Below, one piece after another: positions 53,973 through 64,000 of a stretch of 64,000 nt of DNA. The DNA comes from Eledone cirrhosa (lineage: Eukaryota), in the NCBI GenBank assembly GCA_964016885.1, contig OZ024743.1, positions 202,802,001-202,866,000 of the forward strand. The letters run 5' to 3'. Below the pieces are notes generated by a model. That model was not told the DNA's origin. It saw nothing but the letters and a program-made list of their open reading frames with translations, and did not search any database. The stretch's first letter is position 1, and each line of letters begins with the position of its first letter. A program made the translations under genes and the position numbers.

Positions 53973-54309
53973 AAATGTAGAAAATTGGAAAATAATCCAT
54001 GTAGGTTGTCTATCGTTCAGTACTTTGAAGTATGGATAGGAAGAATGGGCGACGCATGCGCCTCAGCTAATCGCTTGTTGGGTACGTGGACAACACATAT
54101 ACTGTTGAATGGTGTACATCAAAGAAATGTTCTAGAAAGAGTTCTATATTAATACTAACACGGCATATAACTTGGATCCAGTTTAATATAAGGTTATATA
54201 TTTTTACTAATAAATATATTTCAACTGCATGTAGATTTTTGATCATGCGCATACATACAAGCACATGCACGTGGGTACATATACACACACAGAGACATAC
54301 ACACACGCA

Positions 54310-54386
<77 letters not shown>

Positions 54387-54567
54387 TAATAATTACAAAT
54401 ATGTGTAAACTAAAATCCGAAGAGGGCTCGATAAGGTTTATATATATATAAATTTATTTCCACAATAGATTAGCAAGTAATCCCCGAGGACGTGCGGTTC
54501 ACCAAACTAGACTATCTCAAGTCCGGTCTTCTGTTGTTTTGAATGTATCTTCTGAAACTATTATTAC

Positions 54568-54662
54568 TGTTGACTTTGCCTTTCATCCATACGGGGTCGA
54601 TAAAATAAAGTACCAGTAATGCACTGGATATTTGCTGGCCTTGCGCCTAAAATAGAAACATT
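54568..54662 (+). mobile_element. Partial SINE (3' half)
   Basis: Matches 52330-52425. Confidence 0.85.
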
Positions 54663-54676
54663 ATTACTATATATAT

Positions 54677-54736
<60 letters not shown>

Positions 54737-54789
54737 GAATAATCGAGTATCGAAAAATCGGCGCACGAGTTCACGATAAAAAAAATTCG

Positions 54790-54850
<61 letters not shown>

Positions 54851-54854
<4 letters not shown>

Positions 54855-55292
54855 AAGTTTTATTTAAATTGTTGGGTTAACAACGAGTAAATATTTATAA
54901 CTGATATAAAAGCACTCAACAAGTATTTGGAGTATATTTACTATATTAAATAAATGCAAACTATATTTATAAAACCATATTTATTTCATTATATATATTT
55001 CAGGGATATCATATTAAAAATATGTTATGCCTTCTTCAGACAAAATACAATATAAACAGTCTTATAAATAGATAGATTCGACATACCTTTCAACTTCGAC
55101 TTCTATTTGAAAATCAACTTTTCAAATAGAAGTCGAAGTTGAAAGGTATGTCGAATCTATCTATTTATAAGACTGTTTATATTGTATTTTGTCTGAAGAA
55201 GGCATAACATATTTTTAATATGATATCCCTGAAATATATATAATGAAATAAATATGGTTTTATAAATATAGTTTCCATTTATTTAATATAGT
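54851..55292. mobile_element. Family A pLTR palindrome (arms 54940-55113 / 55119-55292, 5-nt loop) with HHRs at 54982-55047 (-) and 55185-55250 (+)
   Basis: Near-perfect ~174-bp inverted repeat. Both arms have a CTGAAGA core. The left arm extends ~90 bp further, to the full 3' end. Confidence 0.92.
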
Positions 55293-55581
55293 ATATATAT
55301 ATATGTGTGTGTGTGTGGTGTGTGTGTTGTGTATCTATGTTTAGATGTGTGTGTTTGTGTATGTGTACATGTATGTAAGAGTGAGAAATGAAATTTCGTT
55401 TCATTCTTTTCCATTTATCCTTTCGGTGCGCCCGGTTCTACGCCTTACAATCTTATACACGCCACGCATCTCAACGTACACCCACTTACATTTCTCTCTC
55501 CACCACCGGATCTTGTTACCCGGAGATTTACCCATCTGCATTGTCGAGGCTTCCAAACGACTTAAAGAAATTTACTACATA

Positions 55582-55625
<44 letters not shown>

Positions 55626-55684
55626 AATGTAAGTATGTATGTATACGTGCATACATATATGTATACAGACGTACAGTAGCATGC

Positions 55685-55749
<65 letters not shown>

Positions 55750-55902
55750 CAGGTACACATATATATATATATGTACGTATCAGTTTAGCGGACGTTTATT
55801 ATAACGCCCGCTTTGTCCGTTTGTAAACAAACGGACAGCCTGATTTATGCCGTACGGTGTTAAGGAAACCACGTCACCTTTTTGTTCAACACTGACACAG
55901 GA

Positions 55903-55945
55903 ACGATGTACTAGTTTCAAGCTTCTTAGCTATCATCAGCATCGT
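55903..55945 (-). ncRNA. Minimal type I hammerhead ribozyme (family D)
   Basis: ACGAUG-CUGAUGA-U-AGCU(AAGA)AGCU-U-GAAA-CUAG-UA^CAUCGU. Perfect 6-bp stem I and palindromic stem III ACUAGU. Confidence 0.85.
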
Positions 55946-56180
55946 ATACGCTTCTGCCAGATGGTTGAACGTTCGAAAGTATATACTTTCCTTATGAAAA
56001 TTAACGGTTGAGCAGCCTAATTTGCATATCGAGTGAGTTCAGTCGGCCAGGCGTACCGAAAACGATAAGTTGTAATAGAATGAAACGAAATTTCATGTCT
56101 CACTCTTAGTACGGCACTTACTTAAATGTAAGTATGTATTTATACGTACATACATATATGTAGACAGACGTACAGTAGCA

Positions 56181-56224
<44 letters not shown>

Positions 56225-56333
56225 CAGGTACACATATATATATATGTACGTATCAGTTTAGCGGACGTTTATTATAACGCCCGCATTGTCTAGTATGTAC
56301 TTTCGAACGTTCAACCATCTGGCAGAAGGGTAT

Positions 56334-56376
56334 ACGGTGCTGATGATAGCTAAGAAGCTTGAAACTAGTACATCGT
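56334..56376 (+). ncRNA. Minimal type I hammerhead ribozyme (family D)
   Basis: ACGGUG-CUGAUGA-U-AGCU(AAGA)AGCU-U-GAAA-CUAG-UA^CAUCGU. Predicted cut after 56370. Confidence 0.85.
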
Positions 56377-56527
56377 TCCTGTGTCAGTGTTGAACAAAAA
56401 GGTGACGTGGTTGCCTTAACACCGTACGGCATAAATCAGGCTGTCCGTTTGTTTACAAACGGACAAAGCGGGCGCTGTAATAAACGTCCGCTAAACTGAT
56501 ACGTACATATATATATATGTGTACTTG

Positions 56528-56583
<56 letters not shown>

Positions 56584-56694
56584 TGCTACCGTACGTCTGT
56601 ATACATATATGTATGTACGTATACATACATACTTATATTTAAGTAAGTGCCGTACTAAGAGTGAGAAATGAAATTTCGTTTCATTCTATTACAA

Positions 56695-56734
<40 letters not shown>

Positions 56735-56933
56735 TATGTATATATATATGGGATAACAACTTATCGTTTTAGGTAATCCAATTAGAGGTTGTGAGTACTC
56801 TGTACCATGGATAGTTTTAACGTATGGCGTTGTTTGACTCATTTAAAGTTTGACTTTATTTAAAACGCTTTTTGTACAGCCGACCATGTTATTCTGCACT
56901 CTTTCACTACTATATATATATATATATATATAT

Positions 56934-57199
56934 AATTGTTTCTACATTTGGCACAAGGCCAGCAATTGTGCAGTTCATTACTGGTACTTTATTTTATCGA
57001 CCCCGTAAGGATGAAAGGCAAAGTTAACATCGGTTGGATTTGAACTCAGTCTGTAACGGGACGTAACTATGCTAGAAAGGATAGCCGCCGACCCTCTACC
57101 GATAATGCCAATCCACCACTATATAATGCTACACATATACATATATATATGTAGCATTATATAAGCGCCAGGGAATCCTCCACACACACACACACACGC

Positions 57200-57233
<34 letters not shown>

Positions 57234-57491
57234 GCGGGTGTATGTGCGTGCGTGTGAACGCGCGCGTTTGTGATCGTTTGTATGGACAGGCCATGGTTAC
57301 GTCCCTTTGCGGTCTGAGTTCAAATCCCACCGAGGTTAACTTTGCCTTTCATCCTTACGGGGTCGATAAAATAAAGTACCAGTAATGCACTGGGTAATTG
57401 ATGGCCTTGTGCCAAAAGTAGAAACAATTATCGTTGATAAATGGTTTGAAACTCAGGATTCCCTTGCGCCTATATAATTTTACATTTGAAT

Positions 57492-57534
<43 letters not shown>

Positions 57535-57567
57535 GCTACTGTCACTACTACTGCTACTACTACTACA

Positions 57568-57601
<34 letters not shown>

Positions 57602-57827
57602 CTGCTACTACTACTACGGCTACTAACAATAGTAATAATAATAATAATTGTTTCTACTTTTGGCAAAAGGCCAGCAATTGCCCAGTGTATTACTGGTACT
57701 TTATTTTATCGACACCGTAACGATGAACGGCAAAGTTAACCTCAACGGTATTTGAACTCAGAATGGCAAGGGCCATAAATCTGTATGAGTCAAAGGATGG
57801 CATTAGACCCTTTACCGATTCTGCCAA
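56934..57827. mobile_element. Three SINE copies: 56934-57118 (-), ~57290-57430 (+), 57647-57827 (-)
   Basis: All match 52238-52425. They are separated by short palindromes and a (CTA)n tract. Confidence 0.88.
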
Positions 57828-58059
57828 TAATGGTTGGTTAAAGAAGATTAGTCCAGCCCCGTTTTTTTAGAAAATTTTAAAACGCATGCTTGCTGGGAAC
57901 AGCAAGAACACTCCGATACGTCCTGAATATCTGAGGCTACCGGTAGCGGCTTGATGTACATTTGAACAATTTTTCCAGTTAAATAACATCAATGACTGAG
58001 GCTAAAAAAATAATAATAATAATTGTTTCTACTTTTGGCACAAGTCCAGCAATTATCCA

Positions 58060-58084
58060 GTAGTTGCAGCAGCAGCAGCACCAG

Positions 58085-58158
<74 letters not shown>

Positions 58159-58209
58159 TTGGTAGTAGTAGTATTAGTAGTAGTAGCTGTAGTAGTAGTA
58201 GTAGTAGCT

Positions 58210-58271
<62 letters not shown>

Positions 58272-58272
58272 T
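58060..58272. repeat. (TAG)n microsatellite
   Basis: Directly visible. Confidence 0.95.
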
Positions 58273-58607
58273 ATTTCCGTTCCTTTTTCTTATCGATTCG
58301 ACGTCGCTGTTCATGATGACAATAATACTGCTGCTGTTGCTGCTGTTAATGATGATGCTCGATTGCAGAATGTCTTCTTTATATCCAGTTGTTGTTCATT
58401 GAAGTATGTTGTTTCCTTTTAACTTACTGTCAATGATGTATGTGAATTATGATTCACGCACATCACAGCTCCTGGCTATGATAATGGACAAGTCTTGGAG
58501 TAAATATTGTTTCATGTAAGCACAGAACACACACTCACTTAAACACAGTCACTCATTTGTGTATATATATATATTATAATATATACATTATATATAGATA
58601 TATATAG

Positions 58608-58797
58608 TGCGGTGGATTGGAAGTATCGGTAGAGGGTCGGACGCCATGTTTTCCAGCATAGTTACGTCCCTTTACGGTCTGAGTTCAAATCCCGTCGAGG
58701 TTAACTTTACTTTTCATCCTTACTGGGTCGATAAAATAAAGTACCCGTAATGTACTGGGATAATTGCTGGCCTTGTGCCGAAAGTAGAAACAATTAT
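58608..58797 (+). mobile_element. Full-length tRNA-derived SINE
   Basis: High identity to 52238-52425. Confidence 0.9.
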
Positions 58798-58948
58798 TTA
58801 TAGATATATACATATATACATATAAATATATATATGCGCATATGTATGTGTGTGTTTTTTTTTAGATATCTTTATCAGTGAAACAATTGTTAAACTGTAA
58901 ATAAATCCACTTTTTTGTACTGTTGACCATGTTATTCTCCACGTTTTC

Positions 58949-59096
<148 letters not shown>

Positions 59097-59231
59097 CAGG
59101 AAAGAAGGTTGACATGGTTTGCTATACAAAAAAGGTTTTTAATCTCATAGCTGACATTTGTTTCTCTGAACTGGTAGGTCTAGAGATCGCTATTCGCTTA
59201 TTTTCGTGATAAATGTATGTTTGTATGTATG

Positions 59232-59273
<42 letters not shown>

Positions 59274-59636
59274 AACATACATTTATCACGTTCTAACGAA
59301 AGTTGTCTGGTTTTCAAGGCTCAATGAAACATATGTACACAGAGAAACATCAAAAATATGTATACTGACATATGACACAAACATGAATCAAAAAGACACA
59401 CATATAAATAAAGGAAAACAATGTTTCCCTTGGTCGATCTATTGTTGATGTCATCTCAAGGAACAACACCAAGCAAAAGGAGCAATATAAAAGGAGGAGG
59501 GGGAAGAGGAAAAGTGGCTGAAGACAACCCTCGGTCAGGGATAACAACAGGGATAACAACATAGTTATACATATATAGATATTATATATGTATACACACA
59601 CACATACACACACACAAAAACACACATATATATATA

Positions 59637-60510
59637 TACTCTGACCCGTCTGGCCGGCGCCCGGCTAAGTTTACCGGCATTTTATATTTTCAGCAATCAC
59701 CCCTACACTCTAGTGCACATATACCGCACGCCCTCTCAAGTCAGAGGGGGGGGGGGATTATGTGCTCTGATGTTGGGTTTGAATAGTTTTTAGGATTCCC
59801 CAGTTCAGCAGCTAGTACGTTAAAGGAAATTGATAGTTACAACAATAAAGGCTGAACATAGAACACATTTTTTAACAAACAATAATTAGTACAACCATAA
59901 TGGAAATTCCAAGTAACAGAAAATATTTAAATTACATTATTAGAGTCTCAGAGTATACAATATTTTTTGTTCGGCCCTCCGGTGCAAAGATGAAGAGATT
60001 GTTTGGCGAGCTAACCCTAGAGCATCCTACATACAATTGACCATGGGAGAATCACTGGTTTTTTTAGCTCGTCTCGCGGGGAAGCCGTTCACCTCTGGAC
60101 ACTCCTGTGAGGAGCAGGTAGGCTGTAATGACTTAGGCGCCTACCACCAATCTCCAAGACACTGTTTTCAAGACAAATGAGCGCCTCATTGAAAACGGCA
60201 TCGTATGTTACGTTTGGATTGTGTTTGCGTGTGCAGTTGAGGTTGTCCCCAGCTAGACTTTCGCGGTGATTGTTCCACATTGCGAGAGGGTTGGCGAGAT
60301 CGCAGTTGTGCAGCATAATAGCTAAAAGTTTTCGCAACTGAGAAGGGACTTTAGCAGTTGCTGTTTCTTGCAGGATGAGGTGCCAATGGCTGTCATCGTG
60401 TAACATAACACGTGTCTGGCAAGTCAAATGGTAAGTGGAACATTGATGGTTCTCATATCTTCGAAAGACTGTGGTCCTCTAACCTCGAACAGTAACAATG
60501 ACGATAAGCC
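59637..60510 (-). mobile_element. Internally deleted Helitron (RepHel fragments + probable 3' end)
   Basis: LLLFEVRGPQSFEDMRTIN and LHDDSHW..LQE..PSQLRKLL..C..NPLAMW (Rep-Hel linker) are joined almost directly to SHGQLYVGCSRV..TKNIVYSE (PIF1 motif VI end). GC-rich hairpin-like terminus at ~59640-59670. Confidence 0.85.
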
Positions 60511-61386
60511 GTCTGTGCTTTCGTGAAAACAGAACGAAATTAAGGGTTTGAAAAAAAGAAAAATTGTTTAGGTTGTAGTTAAAACTACATATTTTCTAAA
60601 AGAGCATATGAGTAGCTGCAAATAGCTCCAGTGTATAGCAGGGTCTTGTTTCATGGACTTTGGATGATTGAAAAATATATATTACCGATAAGTATGATTG
60701 AAATTCAGAATCTGTAAAGTAACGTATTAAGAAATTTAGTTCAATGCTCTTGCTGTTATTTCCTAACATTCAGCTCTGTATCAAATTAAGTACATTTTCT
60801 CTAAGCAAATGATTACTGACACTAAGATAGCTCGGAATTAAGGGGAAACATTGAATGCAAATATGCTATTTCTTGAGGGCAGTAAGAAAGATCAATTGTT
60901 ATGAGTAGTAGTAGCAACTTGTTATATATTTCATTTCATGGCAAGACAAAATAAAATGTATTGTTGGAAGCGGATGTATATTTAGTTAAAGGTATCAAAC
61001 CCGTAATTGAAGGAACAATAATGGAAAGAAAAGAAAAGAAATATCGTTAGATTATGCCAAACCTAAAACATTTTGGCTAACTGACAAACTGGAATGTGAG
61101 TGAAAGAGAATATGAAAACTATATCAGATATGAGAGAAACATTTATTTTTAATAACCTCATAGATGCAGTGAAATTGAAGACACCAAAGTACAGATCTGA
61201 CTTCATCAGTGAAGTTAACAAGCTTTTCTCGACAATTTAGATTGCAGGTATTTGATTTAACGTGAACAATTCGTTACGAGAACGTAAAATAGGCAAAATC
61301 AAAGAAAAAAATGCAGACTTACGCAGTAGCATACATTGCACAGACACATGGTCACATATACTCTCACATAAACATGTAAAATTACA

Positions 61387-61432
<46 letters not shown>

Positions 61433-61828
61433 TATATATACACATATATATATATATATACACATATATATATATACACACATATATATATATATATATA
61501 TACGCACAAACACATATGTCTATATATATATATATATGTACTGACATCCAACATATTTTGGACAATTAACATTAACTATATTGTTCTGAAGAACATAAAT
61601 CGTGTGATTACACATTCGTAATTTTTCCATTTCTTCAAAGAGTATTTTCGTTCTCTGTCAGTTTAATTTTATTACGTTTTTTTTTATAGATATTGGTTTT
61701 GTAATTGGAATGTTTATGTCATGAATTCGTATGTTCTTAAATGTGTTTTTCACTTTAAATCTTGATATAAGTACATGCACACACGTAAACCTAAACACAT
61801 GGCTGTTTATATAAATACAGAACTCAAG

Positions 61829-62057
61829 GTTCAAACTGGGGAGTGGAGATATCCATTTATGGTCAATTGGAAAGAGTTAGGAAGCCACACTAAATCTTAA
61901 AATGTTGCTCATTACAAGCAATATGACAATACGACAAGTATGTTCAAACTGGGGAGTGGAGATATCCATTTATGGTCAATTGGAAAGAGTTAGGAAGCCA
62001 CACTAAATCTTAAAATGTTGCTCATTACAAGCAATATGACAATACGACAAGTATGTT
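61829..62057. repeat. Essentially perfect 113-bp tandem duplication
   Basis: GTTCAAACTGGGGAGTGG...ACGACAAGTAT starts at 61829 and again at 61942. Confidence 0.9.
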
Positions 62058-62107
62058 TTTTACTCAGTGAAAACGTAGAATCCCTTTATATTGACATACA
62101 TATATAC

Positions 62108-62179
<72 letters not shown>

Positions 62180-62214
62180 GTATATATATTTATATATATA
62201 TTTATTTATTTATT

Positions 62215-62779
<565 letters not shown>

Positions 62780-62782
<3 letters not shown>

Positions 62783-62973
62783 CGAAGGAAATGTGGTAAG
62801 GAACCAGGTGGACCATAACGCACCAAAGTACTCAATACTTAGGGTAGTAGAGTGGGTAATAGGAACGAGTAAGATCCCGATGGCTGAGCTCAAGCCGTTT
62901 CGACGGCTAATTCAGTCCAGAATTGGCCGTCGAAACGGCTTGAGCTCAGCCATCGGGATCCTACTCGTTCCTA
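62780..62973 (-). mobile_element. Short fold-back element, family B
   Basis: 54-bp arms at 62860-62913 and 62920-62973, loop AGTCCA, 2 mismatches. TA-rich flanks. Confidence 0.9.
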
Positions 62974-63009
62974 TATGTATGTATATATATATATATATAT
63001 ACATATATA

Positions 63010-64000
63010 TATGTTGTTATACTTTGGGAGGGTCATGTTGCCAATAAGAAACACACGCACCAGTTGCTTTCACTTCAATTTATTAGATATTTATAAATTT
63101 ATAAATTTACAAATTTACAAACCTATAAATTTCTGGTTGGTTGGTTGGTTCCACAACCAGATAGTTGTTTATATATAGTCATAGTCCTTTCGTCACACAC
63201 TCTGTGACCTCTTCAGTGACTGGGGATTCCTTTCTTTGTTTCTGTGCCTTTCCTTTCTTCTATCCTACGCCATTTTGTTTCAGTGTCTGTGTGTGTTTGT
63301 GTTCATTTATCTATTTGTTTATTTATTTATTTATTTATTGTTGGTTGGTTGTTTGTTCTATGTGTGTGTGTGTTTTCATTTTGTCCTGTGTGTGTTTTCA
63401 TTTTGTCCTTAATTGTAAGTTGTGATGTTGCTGTTCCACTCATATTTTCTATTTAATTTTGGTTTTAATTCTTTTATGCTTACTGCCTCTGTAATTTGCC
63501 TAAACATTGCGTCTTTTCTGTGTGTGGATTCTATTTTTATTTCTATGTTCTCTAATCTACCCCTGTGTTCTATCTTAGCATGTTGGTAGAGCACAGATGA
63601 TTCTTTATTATCTTGGAGGTCTCGCCAGTGTTCATTTATTCGTTCTCCTATACTACGAGCTGTCTCACCTATGTACACTATATTTTTGTTTCTACATTGT
63701 CCTTCAGTACATCTTATGCTATACACTACATTTCTAGTTTTACAGTTAATATGGGGGCTTATTTTACAGGTTATACATTTCTTATCTATACATGAGGGTC
63801 TTTGGAACGGGTATGTCTTGCTAATAAGTGTTTTTACGGAGGTACCTGGTCTTTCTACTATCTTAATATTGAGATTATGTTTATTTAGGGCCCTTCTAAA
63901 TATGTAGGCTAGTTCGCCTCTAGGGGTTGTATTGATGAACATTACACTCTGGTATTTATTGCTATCATACCATGAGTTTATTCTATTGGCCTTGTTCCTA
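63010..64000 (-). mobile_element. PLE 3' end: GIY-YIG ORF (63409-63942, open to the window edge) + pLTR family C
   Basis: C..C..C..CKTRNVVYSIRC..C..VYIGETARSIGERINEH..H..H..RQITEAVSI..PKLN. Confidence 0.93.
63177..63221 (-). ncRNA. Minimal type I hammerhead ribozyme (family C)
   Basis: AGUCA-CUGAAGA-G-GUCACA(GAGUG)UGUGAC-GAAA-GGA-CUA^UGACU, ~190 nt downstream of the GIY-YIG stop. Confidence 0.85.

Larger units (their letters stand above)
55625..56698. mobile_element. Family D pLTR array: two minus copies (55625-56030, ~56030-56290) and one plus copy (56292-56698)
   Basis: Direct and inverted repeats visible by eye. (TA)n flanks and internal (TA)n. Confidence 0.88.

Noticed and set aside
61190-61225. 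Minus-strand CTGATGA
   Set aside because: No GAAA or stem III at a suitable distance.

Overview
AT-rich animal genomic DNA, most likely Octopus or a related coleoid cephalopod. This taxon call is inferred from the SINE types and the extreme (TA)n/(CA)n/(GA)n density, and is not verified. No host protein-coding gene can be supported; most listed ORFs are microsatellite read-throughs. The window is a retroelement graveyard. It holds at least six Penelope-like element (PLE) RT and/or GIY-YIG fragments, a near full-length RTE LINE, a 5'-truncated L1/Tx1 LINE, R4/Dong, CRE and second RTE fragments, an internally deleted Helitron and many tRNA-derived SINEs. The most notable hidden layer is non-coding. 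About 19 minimal type I hammerhead ribozyme (HHR) motifs from about 9 unrelated PLE pseudo-LTR (pLTR) families sit in (TA)n tracts, most with palindromic stem III. They include a U3-A8 covariant core in a 319-nt head-to-tail dimer (retrozyme-like). Several families repeatedly form asymmetric fold-back palindromes: they turn at intrinsic hairpins or microhomologies, mirror copy-specific variants in both arms, and end the short arm at a fixed family-specific site followed by (TA)n. All coordinates were read by eye, and element boundaries are approximate.
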